From positions 83,234 to 147,233 of the forward strand of contig JBAYVA010000002.1 in assembly GCA_041674805.1 (NCBI GenBank): a DNA stretch of 64,000 bases, in the 5' to 3' direction. Every line of letters starts with the position of its first letter. Within the stretch, counting starts at the first letter, position 1. Source of the stretch: Candidatus Magasanikiibacteriota bacterium. GTDB lineage: Bacteria > Patescibacteriota > Patescibacteriia > Magasanikbacterales > UBA922. The notes beneath the pieces were generated by a model. The model was not told where the DNA came from, did no database searches, and saw nothing but the letters and a program-made list of their open reading frames with translations. The position numbers and the translations under genes were made by a program. Positions 44,835-54,158 of the stretch are shown here, one piece after another.

Positions 44835-44870
44835 ATTGAGATAAAATAGAGATACAATTGAGATAATTTT
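44834..44870. repeat. GAGATAAAA motif copies in the folA-tmk spacer
   Basis: aattgagataaaa (44834-46) is the exact reverse complement of 38927-38939. gagataaaatagagat (44838-53) matches the 16-mer at 38884-99 at 15 of 16 positions. A second attgagataa follows. Confidence 0.7.
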
Positions 44871-44887
44871 TTTAAATAAAATAATTT

Positions 44888-45475
44888 ATGAAAAATGGAT
44901 TATTCATAGTTTTACACGGAATAAATAATTTGGGCAAAACTACTCAAGCCAAAATGTTGGTTGAAAAATTGCAAGCAGAAGGACATAAAGCAGAATATAT
45001 GAAATATCCTGTTTATGATTTGGAACCATCTGGTGTAATTTTGAATAATTATTTACGTGAGGGAAACAAATTTAGTCTGACTCCTCGTGAAATTCAAACA
45101 ATTTACGCTCTCAATCGTACACAATATGAATCAACTTTGAAAGAAAAGTTAGAAAGTGGTATAAATATTATTGCCGAAGATTACACTGGCACGGGAATTT
45201 GTTGGGGGATTGGTGCTGGAGTGGATGAAGAATATTTGAAATTAATAAATTCACATTTATTAAAAGAAGATTTAGATTTTCTTTTTGATGGTAAACGTTT
45301 TACAGAAAGTACAGAAAAAAATCATAAGCATGAAACAGATGAAGAACTTTTGGAAAAAGTGAGACAAACACATTTGAGAATAGGTGAAGAATTTGGTTGG
45401 AAAAAAATAAATGCTAATTTAACAATTCTAGAAATTCATGCTATACTATGGGAAGAAATAAAAAAATTAATTTAA
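44888..45475 (+). CDS. tmk: Thymidylate kinase-like P-loop kinase
   Basis: 195 aa. IVLHGINNLGKTTQ P-loop, DY..TG lid-like region, and position at the end of the dTMP pathway operon. Confidence 0.7.
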   Translation: MKNGLFIVLHGINNLGKTTQAKMLVEKLQAEGHKAEYMKYPVYDLEPSGVILNNYLREGNKFSLTPREIQTIYALNRTQYESTLKEKLESGINIIAEDYTGTGICWGIGAGVDEEYLKLINSHLLKEDLDFLFDGKRFTESTEKNHKHETDEELLEKVRQTHLRIGEEFGWKKINANLTILEIHAILWEEIKKLI

Positions 45476-45484
45476 AATAATTTT

Positions 45485-46264
45485 ATGTTGCCTTCCATTA
45501 GTAAATTTTTTGTGAAATCTAGCAAAATTTATTTGTCTGTTTTTACAAAAATGTGGCCATATTTTATAATTTTGGCTGTTTTTTCATTTGTTATTTTATT
45601 GAAAGATATATCAAATGTTGTTTTAGTTGATTTAATAAAAAATGTATATTTGAGAACTTCATTGATAGGTCTCGCTGCTTTTATTTTTTCTTTGTTAAGT
45701 TTTTCTTTGTCTATTTCTATAGTACGTTTTTTTTCAGCTTTTGTTACAAACAGTATTTTGCCAAAATTTTTTTCTAATTTAAAAGAATCTTTTTTTATAG
45801 CTTGGAAACATGTGGGGTTAGTTTTGATTTTTATGATACCTACAATTTTGATTTATTCTATTTTCATAGCTAGTTTAGCAGGAGTATTGTCTTTTGGGCA
45901 GATGATTATCTCTAATTTTGTTTTGTTGTTTTTATTACTCTTAGTTGTTTTGTGGTTTGTAGTATTAGGACAAGCTGTTGCTTTGGAAAATGCTGGAAGT
46001 TTTGCTTCAATAAAAAATTCTATTTTTTTGGTAAAAGGTAGAGTGTTTGAATCTTTTTTATTGACTGCTCTTCCTTTACTTTTGGTAAGTATTGTTTTCA
46101 ATTTAATATTTGATAGTATATTAACTATATTTTTATCTACAGATAGTTGGTTTTATTCATTATTGCTTCTTTTTGCTGTTATTTGTATTTTTTCTTTTAG
46201 TTTATTATTGACTACTTTGTTATATTTTGAACTAAAAAATAATAAAAATATTGAAAATGTTTAG
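45485..46264 (+). CDS. Polytopic membrane protein, function unknown
   Basis: 259 aa with about 6-7 hydrophobic helices. No motif recognised. Confidence 0.5.
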   Translation: MLPSISKFFVKSSKIYLSVFTKMWPYFIILAVFSFVILLKDISNVVLVDLIKNVYLRTSLIGLAAFIFSLLSFSLSISIVRFFSAFVTNSILPKFFSNLKESFFIAWKHVGLVLIFMIPTILIYSIFIASLAGVLSFGQMIISNFVLLFLLLLVVLWFVVLGQAVALENAGSFASIKNSIFLVKGRVFESFLLTALPLLLVSIVFNLIFDSILTIFLSTDSWFYSLLLLFAVICIFSFSLLLTTLLYFELKNNKNIENV

Positions 46265-46415
46265 ATTTATTTTTTATTTTCAAGAGACCTCCAAAATTTG
46301 GGGGTCTTTTCTTTTGTCTTTTCTCGTGTTACAATCAAGTTATGGATGTCTAACTTTGACTTTTTTTAGAGTCATCCTATAGACGTGCTATTAAGTTATT
46401 TTAAAAAAGATCCCT

Positions 46416-46433
46416 CTCCTTCGACTCCTTCGT
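46416..46433. repeat. Tandem CTCCTTCGN x2 upstream of gatB
   Basis: ctccttcga (46416-24) and ctccttcgt (46425-33), followed by the GC-rich cgctcaggatcgggatgac. It lies 28 nt before the gatB ATG. Confidence 0.75.
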
Positions 46434-46460
46434 CGCTCAGGATCGGGATGACAAAAACAT

Positions 46461-48002
46461 ATGAAACAATACGTCCCAATTATTGGCATGGAAGTGCATG
46501 TTGAATTAAAAACAAAGTCAAAAATGTTTTGTTCTTGCTCAAACAATCCTAATATTGATACACCAAATAAAAACATTTGTGAAATTTGTCTTGCTCATCC
46601 AGGAACTTTGCCAGTTCCAAACAAAAAAGCGATAGAATGGACTGTTTTAGTTGGAAAAGCGCTAAATTGTCATATTTTGGAATTTTCCAAGTTTGATCGT
46701 AAGCATTATTTTTATCCAGATTTACCAAAGGGTTACCAGATTTCTCAGTATGAAGAGCCTATTGCTGAACATGGATTTGTTGATTTGGATTTTATAGGAG
46801 AAAATCCTATTCGTGATACTGCTAAGATTGGTATTACTCGTGCTCATCTTGAAGAAGATACTGCTAGACTAAATCATGGTGAAGATGGAAGTACTCTTGT
46901 CGATTTCAATCGTTCTGGGGTGCCTTTAGTTGAAATTGTGACTGATCCAGATTTCAAGTCAGCTCTTGAAGCTAAGACTTATTGTCAAGAATTACGCAAC
47001 ATTGTGCGTTATTTGGGGGTGAGTGACGCTGATATGGAAAAAGGTCAAATGCGTTGTGAAGCCAATATTTCTGTCCAAGAAGTTGGTAGTTTTGAAATAG
47101 TTGACGGTGTGGTAAAACCTTTGAACGGTACAAAATTAAATAACAAAGTAGAGTTGAAAAACCTGAATTCTTTCAAAGCTGTTGAGCGTGGTATTGATTT
47201 TGAAATCAAAAGGCAAACAGCCATGATAGAAAAAGGTGAAACTTGGGTACAGCAGACTCGTGGTTGGGATGACAGCAAACAAGAAACTGTGATGCAACGT
47301 ACCAAAGAAAATGCAGCAGATTATCGTTATTTTCCAGATCCAGATATTCCACCTTTTCATCCTCTCAAAATTGCCGGAAATATTTCTTTGCCAGAGTTAC
47401 CAGCTCAAAAGAGATTGCGTTTTCGTGAAGAATATTTTCTTTCTTTTTCTGATGCTAAGATTTTAACAGACAGCAAAGAACTATCTTATTTTACTGAAGC
47501 TGTGATGAGTGACCTTGTTGAGTGGTTGGATTCTATGCCAGAATCAGAGAACAAAGCCGAAAATGTTCCACAAAAAATTAGTCGTTTAGCTGGCAGTTGG
47601 ATTACTACCAAACTTTTGGGAATTCTCAAAGAAAAAAATATGGATATCACTGATGTCAAATTTTCTCCTGAGAATTTTGCTGAACTTATTGCCCTTATTT
47701 ATAATAACAAAGTAAACGCTACCAATGCTTACAAAATTTTGCTTATTATGGTTGGTCTTGGTGTAGACAAAGATCCAACACATATTTTGGAAGAAAAAGG
47801 TTGGGGACAGGTTTCTGACAGTGGTCAAATTGAAAGTCTTGTTGATGATGTGATTGCTAATTATCCAGACCAAGTTGCTCAAGTCAAAGCCGGCAAAGAA
47901 ACTGTTATCAAATTTTTGATTGGTATGGTGATGAAAGCAAGTGAAGGAAGTGCTGATGTGAAAGTGGTGGAGGAAATTTTGAAAAACAAATTGTCATCAT
48001 AA
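46461..48002 (+). CDS. gatB: Asp/Glu-tRNA amidotransferase subunit B
   Basis: 513 aa. IGMEVHVEL.T.SKMFC.C, ITRAHLEEDTA and a C-terminal YqeY-like domain. Confidence 0.95.
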   Translation: MKQYVPIIGMEVHVELKTKSKMFCSCSNNPNIDTPNKNICEICLAHPGTLPVPNKKAIEWTVLVGKALNCHILEFSKFDRKHYFYPDLPKGYQISQYEEPIAEHGFVDLDFIGENPIRDTAKIGITRAHLEEDTARLNHGEDGSTLVDFNRSGVPLVEIVTDPDFKSALEAKTYCQELRNIVRYLGVSDADMEKGQMRCEANISVQEVGSFEIVDGVVKPLNGTKLNNKVELKNLNSFKAVERGIDFEIKRQTAMIEKGETWVQQTRGWDDSKQETVMQRTKENAADYRYFPDPDIPPFHPLKIAGNISLPELPAQKRLRFREEYFLSFSDAKILTDSKELSYFTEAVMSDLVEWLDSMPESENKAENVPQKISRLAGSWITTKLLGILKEKNMDITDVKFSPENFAELIALIYNNKVNATNAYKILLIMVGLGVDKDPTHILEEKGWGQVSDSGQIESLVDDVIANYPDQVAQVKAGKETVIKFLIGMVMKASEGSADVKVVEEILKNKLSS

Positions 48003-48014
48003 TTTTTTGATTTT

Positions 48015-48046
48015 AAAAAAAGCTATCAATATTTGATAGCTTTTTT
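48015..48046. terminator. Bidirectional terminator between gatB and the PRT-deaminase gene
   Basis: Stem agctatcaa / ttgatagct flanked by A- and T-runs. Confidence 0.75.
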
Positions 48047-48065
48047 ATTTTATTATTATCAATTT

Positions 48066-49232
48066 TTAGGCAAAAGAAAGTCCTGGTTCCAACATCATTT
48101 CTTCATTTTCTATTTTTGTTTTTTGAAAAATATTTTGGTTGGCATAAAATTTTTCATTGGTTGCCATTAGTCTAATGTTTTTACCATTTTCTACTAAATA
48201 CTGAATACCGTTACCACAAATTTTGTTGTCAGCTACATCTTTTTGACCAATGATAACCCATTTTAGTTGTGGCATATCAGATATAAGATGTGAGCATGGT
48301 GTATATTTGCCATTACGATAGGTGCATGGTTCCATTGTACAATAAAGCATGTATTCGTGTTCTTCCCAATCAGGAGTATTATTTTTTAGCATAGACAAAG
48401 CATCTTGTTCAGCATGAACATGTCCACGTCTGTATCCCCAAGCAGAAATTTCGAAAGTTTCAGAATCTACCAATGTGGCTCCTACGCCATAGCCGTGTCT
48501 AGATTTATTTGAAACATCTTCAGCTAATCGTTCAGTGATAGTATAAAATCTACGGTTTACGTCAGCCCAAAAAACATCTTTGAAACGACTAGACATACTA
48601 CAAATTACTTTATTATTTTCTATATAAGTATCAAAAAGGTAGGAATAATCATATTTTTCAAAAATATCATTTTTTTGTCTATAATTACTTTTATCATTTA
48701 CACAATAAATGCCTGTAATTTTTGTATCTGAGCTTATTGACTCAACTGCTTTTACCATATTTACAATAGTTCCTCCAGTTGAAGCCATACAGTCTACAAT
48801 AGCAATTTTTTTATTTTTTAGAGCTTTACTCATATACATTGTACGTTCGTAATAGCCTGTTTGTTGTGAAAAATCAACACATTCTATATCATAATGAAAT
48901 GTTTTGGCAATAATCAAAGGAAGTCGTAATTGTGCAGCGATCAAAGTAGCAATGCCTATACCATCAGATTCTATAGACAGTATAACTTCGGTATCTTTTG
49001 GTATCATTTCTGCTAAATATTTTGCCAAAGTGTTATAAATTCCTTGATTAGCTAGAGTAAAACCTTTGAAAGGATATATAAAATATTGATAATTAGAAAC
49101 AGTACCACCTTTACTATCAGTTGTACGTATTTGTGCTTCACGAAATAAATTCATAGCATCACCTACATCTTTTTTTATGGCTATTATTTCTTGATATGTT
49201 TGTTGAAGTTCTTTTTCAAGAAGATTTAACAT
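48066..49232 (-). CDS. Fusion protein: APRT-like phosphoribosyltransferase domain + RibD/CDA-type zinc deaminase domain
   Basis: 388 aa. The N-terminal half has VILSIESDGIGIATLIAAQLRLPLIIAK and a PRPP loop KKIAIVDCMASTGGTIV. The C-terminal half has HVHAEQDAL and YCTMEPCTYRNGKYTPCSHLI (compare RibD YVTLEPCsHhGrTpPC). Confidence 0.6.
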   Translation of the reverse strand: MLNLLEKELQQTYQEIIAIKKDVGDAMNLFREAQIRTTDSKGGTVSNYQYFIYPFKGFTLANQGIYNTLAKYLAEMIPKDTEVILSIESDGIGIATLIAAQLRLPLIIAKTFHYDIECVDFSQQTGYYERTMYMSKALKNKKIAIVDCMASTGGTIVNMVKAVESISSDTKITGIYCVNDKSNYRQKNDIFEKYDYSYLFDTYIENNKVICSMSSRFKDVFWADVNRRFYTITERLAEDVSNKSRHGYGVGATLVDSETFEISAWGYRRGHVHAEQDALSMLKNNTPDWEEHEYMLYCTMEPCTYRNGKYTPCSHLISDMPQLKWVIIGQKDVADNKICGNGIQYLVENGKNIRLMATNEKFYANQNIFQKTKIENEEMMLEPGLSFA

Positions 49233-49438
49233 ATTATATAAAATTAGTCACACCAAAGTGGTATGTAGTAAATAAAAAATCATCCGTATTAGGATGATTT
49301 TATTGTATATATAAAGAAATGAACACTAGCGGATAGCTGGATTTGACTGTTTCTAAATTGTTGTATTGAAGTTATATTCATACCTTACTAATAATAGCAT
49401 GTTTTGAAATAAACAACAATCATAAATTGTGTATATTT

Positions 49439-50089
49439 TTATTCTATATTTATTTTATCTCCCAAAAACTTTGGTTGAATATCAAATAATAAATCAAGCA
49501 TCATTTTGAGTCGTGCGAAGCTTTCCCTGATTTGTATTTTTGTATTAGCATAAGATTTTACATTACGAGCATTGTATCCTATAGCGTCTATACCTTTTTT
49601 GTTGGCAATATATATGGCACGTTCATTGTGGAATTTTTGTGAGATGATAGTAATATTCTCTTGTCCAAATATTTCTTTGCTTCGGACGACTGAGTCTAGA
49701 GTTCGAAAGCCAGCATAATCGAGGAAGATGCTCGAAGTCGGCACGCCAGCTTCTATCAAATCATTTTGAATAGTTGTTGGTTCATTGTATTTCTTTGTGC
49801 TGTTGTCTCCACTTACTAAAATAAAATCAATTTTGTTAGCTTCAAAAAGTTTTTTGGCAGCTGTAATTCTATAAGCATAATAAGCATTTATTCTGCCATC
49901 TTTCAAATATTTACTTGTGCCGAGTAATAATCCGACTTTGTTGTGAGGAATATTTTCTATTGAATCATAAATTTTTTCGTCAGTGTTTTTTTCTATTATT
50001 TTGTTGGTGATAATAATAGATGAAGAAAGAAAAATAAAACTCAAGAAAAAAATTAGTAAAAGTTTTAAGAATATTTTTTTCATAATCAA
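49439..50089 (-). CDS. sanA: SanA/YdcF (DUF218) family envelope protein
   Basis: 216 aa. N-terminal TM, then GLLLGTSKY...INAYY..R...A..L....K...ILVSGDN....YNEP, typical of SanA. Confidence 0.8.
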   Translation of the reverse strand: MIMKKIFLKLLLIFFLSFIFLSSSIIITNKIIEKNTDEKIYDSIENIPHNKVGLLLGTSKYLKDGRINAYYAYRITAAKKLFEANKIDFILVSGDNSTKKYNEPTTIQNDLIEAGVPTSSIFLDYAGFRTLDSVVRSKEIFGQENITIISQKFHNERAIYIANKKGIDAIGYNARNVKSYANTKIQIRESFARLKMMLDLLFDIQPKFLGDKINIE

Positions 50090-50643
50090 AACTTCTCCGT
50101 AATATGCAAATGTTTTCTAATTTTATTTTTCCAAGTTTCAAAACTTTCTACCAAAGTTATCAATCCCAACATCACCATGATGAATACTACTGGCTGAGTA
50201 GAATATTGAGGCAGATTAAAAATGCTAAAATTTTGTAAAAATAATTTTAATAATTGCCAGATAATCATTGAGACTAGAGTTGCTAACAAAAATTTAATTA
50301 CGAAAAAATCAAAGTTGAGAAAATTCTGTATGAACTTGCCATCCATTTTTTTTAACCAATTAATATATTTTTGGGAGACAGGATGTTTTTTTGTGTATAG
50401 TAAAAATAATTTGATTATGAAAATAATGATTCCAGAAATAAGAATAGTCAACATAATATCGAAGACTACATGCCACCAAGTAGGGTATTCTTTTCTGATA
50501 GTATTAACCAAAGGTGTGTCCATTAGTTTTAAGCCCGCTGGCAAGGTGAGGGTGGCATAGAGGAAGACAATAGCCGTGACTCTCTGTATCCAGAGCAATA
50601 TTTTGCTGTGTGTTTTTTGGTTTGGATAGTATGTTTTGTTCAT
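50086..50643 (-). CDS. Membrane protein, function unknown
   Basis: 185 aa with 4-5 hydrophobic helices. A 4-nt overlap with sanA suggests co-translation. Confidence 0.45.
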   Translation of the reverse strand: MNKTYYPNQKTHSKILLWIQRVTAIVFLYATLTLPAGLKLMDTPLVNTIRKEYPTWWHVVFDIMLTILISGIIIFIIKLFLLYTKKHPVSQKYINWLKKMDGKFIQNFLNFDFFVIKFLLATLVSMIIWQLLKLFLQNFSIFNLPQYSTQPVVFIMVMLGLITLVESFETWKNKIRKHLHITEKF

Positions 50644-50700
50644 AGTTTATAGACTTTACAAAGGTTCAATGTTATGTTATTTTAACATATGCGGAAGATA

Positions 50701-50729
50701 TTGACAAAAGTAGCAAAATGTGCTACACT
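50701..50729 (+). promoter_or_regulatory. Promoter of the first giant surface-protein gene
   Basis: TTGACA (50701-06), 17-nt spacer, TACACT (50724-29), giving a leader of about 130 nt. A paralogous TTGACA lies at 53923-28 upstream of the second gene. Confidence 0.55.
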
Positions 50730-50866
50730 ACTCCGTTTATTACACATATATAAAAAGGCTTTATTTAGCCGATTAATTCATAATTTACAAATGGTTGTGA
50801 TTTCCATAAACCATTATAATGTGTAGTCATTTTAATTTATACATATTAAGTCTAATATATTCGTCT

Positions 50867-53788
50867 ATGAAAAAGAACTTTTTCGCTAAACTAGGCCATT
50901 TTTTCCTGGTTTCAGCTGTTTTATTCAATGGTTTTGGTGTAGCCTTTGTGAAGGCTGATGTTGTAGAAGTTTTGGGTATGTCTCCAAATACAGCAACTTT
51001 GTCTGAGGGTGACATTAACCCTATTTCTTTAGTAACAATTTCTAATTCATCTACTAGTACTATAAATCTAACATTTACTATGTCAGGTGAAGCTGTTAGA
51101 AGTATAGATGGTAGTGGTGATTATGAATTGTTTGTTGGGGAAGGTTCTCCATTTGTAGTTGTTGATACAAACTTAATAAGTGTGCCTGCAAATGATTCTG
51201 TCATCTTTCCTATAAATATTATAAATGACACAGTATCAGAAAATGCAGAATCTTTTGGTTTGACATTTGAAACAGCTAGTTATGATGATGAAAATAGAAC
51301 ACCTGTAGAAGGTTTTAGTTCTCGTGGTGCTATAAATTTTACTATCAATGATAATGATATTACACCTCCTACTTTTGATACTATTGTCCCTAGTCCATTT
51401 TCAAGAAATGAAAGTGATAATTTTGGTGGTATTGCTACTTTTATAAATAATGCTAGTACAACTTTAGATTTTCATTTTGAAATTAGTGGAACAGCTTCTA
51501 CATCTGATTATATAATTGAAACAACTAGTCGTAGTATAAATGAAAATGGAGATGTTATGGCGGTGCCTAATAGTGTGGATTTAGAAAATGGTATAATTAG
51601 TGGGGTTACAGGAAATGAAAAAAGAAGATTTAATTTTAAACCAGTAGAGGACACAGAAGTAGAAATTGATGAAACAGTTATTATTACATTGAAATATGCT
51701 ACTGATATTGAACAAAGAGTTTATGATTTTGCAGATATTTCTTACACTACTATTATTAAAGATAATGATACTGCATCCACTACTACCACAGCTAACGTCA
51801 CATTTTCTTTTTCAACTTCTACTATTAATGAAAATTCTGGTAATGTAAATGTTGCTAATGTTATTAATAATGAAAATCAAGATGTATCTGTGAAATTTAC
51901 ATTTTCTGGCACAGCAGTATATGGCACAGACTATACTTTGAGATCAGGAACTGGTACTTCTATTTTTGGTAATGGTACAGAAGCAGTACTTTTGATAGGT
52001 ATTAATAGTAGTAGTAGTTTTCCTTTGACTCTGAATACAGTTGATAGTGATAAAACTGTTGAAATTACTCTTACACAAGTAAATTTTGCGGATAATTCAA
52101 CAACAACATCTTTCACTGCAGGAAATGTTACAACACATACACTTACTATCAAAAATGTTCCTACATCAGGTGAAAATAATATTCCAACAATAAAAACACC
52201 GATAGCCACACAATATATAGATCTTTATGTTACTTCTACATTAACTATTAATAATGAAATATTAAAGAATTTATTTTTTGATTTAGATACTAATGATAGA
52301 GTTGGTATTAGTTTGACTAATAATACAGATGCTACTGTTGTAACAACAACATCAGACATAGAATTTTCTAGTTTAGTATTAACAGGTTTAAAAGTTGGAA
52401 CAAGTACTATTGAACTTACTGGTGATGATCATCGTGGTGGTATTGTTACCTCAACTTTCGATGTAATCGTTACTGATTCTACTCCTGTTGAGGGAAATAA
52501 TGCTCCAACATCAACTGTAATAGATGATAAAACATTGGAGGTTGGTCAGACTTTTGATATTATTCCTAGTGTTATTTTTGAAGATGTAGAAGATAGTGAT
52601 GATAAGTTAACTTATGGTGTAGAAATTAGTGCTGGTTCTGTTGTTTCTGTAACAACAACAAATTTTACAAATTCTTGGGCATATACTTTTACTGCTGAAA
52701 GTGTAGGTACTTCTACAATTACTCTTAGTGCAACTGATTTGGGTGGTCTTAGTACAAGTACATCATTTAAGGTAACTGTCACAGAAGATGTAACACCTAT
52801 ATTAATAAAAGAAATAGTTAATCAAACTTTAAAAGTAGGTGAAAGTGTAGTTTTGAACTTAAATGATTATTTTTCAGATCCAAACGAAGATGTCTTGTCT
52901 TTTTTAACAAGTATTAACGTTCCAAATTTAATTACTACAACACTTAATACTGAAACAAATAAATTAACAATTACTGGTGTAGCTATAGGTACAACTCTTA
53001 TGAGTGTTACTGCCTCTGATAGTCAACATAGTGTTTATGATATATTTAATGTCACAGTAAAAGAAAATAATGAAGGTAATACTGATAACAATACCGGTTC
53101 AAGTAACGGCGGTGGTAGTTTATTACCAAACACAGCTCCTCAAGCTTCTATGGTTGTTGGTCAAGAAGTAACTATCGAAGTAAACAAAGAAATTACTTTT
53201 GATGCTAGTAGTAGTGTAGATAAAGAAGGAAACATTAGATTTTATTTCTGGAACTTTGGTGACGGAAGTGATGAAGTATATTACACTGTCCCAACAGTCA
53301 AATATACTTATACTAAAATAGGTAATTACACTTTGAATATCAAAGTAAAAGATGCTTACGGTGCTGAGAGTAGTGCGCAAGTAAAGGTAAAAGTTGTAGC
53401 TGGCAAAGCTTCTACAAATACGGGAACTCCAAATACTAATACTGAAAGTGGAACTAAAACTGAAACTGAAACTACAACTTCTACTTCAACAACTGATACC
53501 CCAACTCCTGTAGAAGAAACTGGAAGTACTGGTAGTACAAATAATAATACTAACAATAACACTTCTGCTAATAATACTGAAGAAGAAGCAATAACAACTG
53601 AGGAAGAAAATACTTCTATAGAAGAAGAGACTACTTCTGAAAATACTGAAGAAGAAATTACTGAAGAAGTACCTGCTGAAACAACAGAAGAATTACCAAC
53701 TTGGATCAAGATCATCTTTGGCAGTGGTGCTCTAGCTGCTATTGCTGGCGCTGGACTTGCTATCAATAGAGTGAGAAAAAATGTGTAA
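50867..53788 (+). CDS. Giant surface protein A: signal peptide, Calx-beta-like repeats, cadherin/Ig-like repeats, PKD domain, T/N/E-rich linker, C-terminal TM anchor
   Basis: The start is set at MKKNFFAKLGHFF.. by homology to the paralog. Calx-beta-like blocks include FTMSGEAV..GDYEL.. and FTFSGTAVYGTDYTL. PKD segment is FYFWNFGDGSDEVYYTVPTVKYTYTKIGNYTL. Anchor is WIKIIFGSGALAAIAGAGLAINRVRKN. Confidence 0.8.
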   Translation: MKKNFFAKLGHFFLVSAVLFNGFGVAFVKADVVEVLGMSPNTATLSEGDINPISLVTISNSSTSTINLTFTMSGEAVRSIDGSGDYELFVGEGSPFVVVDTNLISVPANDSVIFPINIINDTVSENAESFGLTFETASYDDENRTPVEGFSSRGAINFTINDNDITPPTFDTIVPSPFSRNESDNFGGIATFINNASTTLDFHFEISGTASTSDYIIETTSRSINENGDVMAVPNSVDLENGIISGVTGNEKRRFNFKPVEDTEVEIDETVIITLKYATDIEQRVYDFADISYTTIIKDNDTASTTTTANVTFSFSTSTINENSGNVNVANVINNENQDVSVKFTFSGTAVYGTDYTLRSGTGTSIFGNGTEAVLLIGINSSSSFPLTLNTVDSDKTVEITLTQVNFADNSTTTSFTAGNVTTHTLTIKNVPTSGENNIPTIKTPIATQYIDLYVTSTLTINNEILKNLFFDLDTNDRVGISLTNNTDATVVTTTSDIEFSSLVLTGLKVGTSTIELTGDDHRGGIVTSTFDVIVTDSTPVEGNNAPTSTVIDDKTLEVGQTFDIIPSVIFEDVEDSDDKLTYGVEISAGSVVSVTTTNFTNSWAYTFTAESVGTSTITLSATDLGGLSTSTSFKVTVTEDVTPILIKEIVNQTLKVGESVVLNLNDYFSDPNEDVLSFLTSINVPNLITTTLNTETNKLTITGVAIGTTLMSVTASDSQHSVYDIFNVTVKENNEGNTDNNTGSSNGGGSLLPNTAPQASMVVGQEVTIEVNKEITFDASSSVDKEGNIRFYFWNFGDGSDEVYYTVPTVKYTYTKIGNYTLNIKVKDAYGAESSAQVKVKVVAGKASTNTGTPNTNTESGTKTETETTTSTSTTDTPTPVEETGSTGSTNNNTNNNTSANNTEEEAITTEEENTSIEEETTSENTEEEITEEVPAETTEELPTWIKIIFGSGALAAIAGAGLAINRVRKNV

Positions 53789-53812
53789 GATTGTTTGATA
53801 ATATAAAAAATA

Positions 53813-53850
53813 AAGAAGCTATTCATATATATTGAGTAGCTTCTTTTTTT
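53813..53850 (+). terminator. Terminator after surface protein A
   Basis: Stem aagaagcta / tagcttctt followed by a T-run. Confidence 0.65.
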
Positions 53851-54158
53851 ATGAAGTTTTGATTGTTCACACATAGACTTTACAAGATATAAAGATTATG
53901 TTAATTTAATATATGTAGGATGTTGACAAAAATAGTATGGTATGTTGTTAATTTCTCTCATATTTAGATACATTCAAAGGCTTTATTTGGCCAATTAGTA
54001 ATTCAAAATGGTCGTGACCATTCACATAAACCATTGTAATATATAGTCAGTTTACTCATACTTAAAAAGTATGATAAATTTATCTATTAATTCATACTAA
54101 TTGAGTATGATATATTTAACTTATTAATTCAAAATTACCAAGTTTAATATATTTACTT

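Noticed and set aside
41956-45475. The dTTP-pathway cluster as a prophage fragment
   Set aside because: There are no structural, integrase or terminase genes adjacent. Composition and promoter style match the host. The flanking tRNAs and gatB are chromosomal housekeeping genes.
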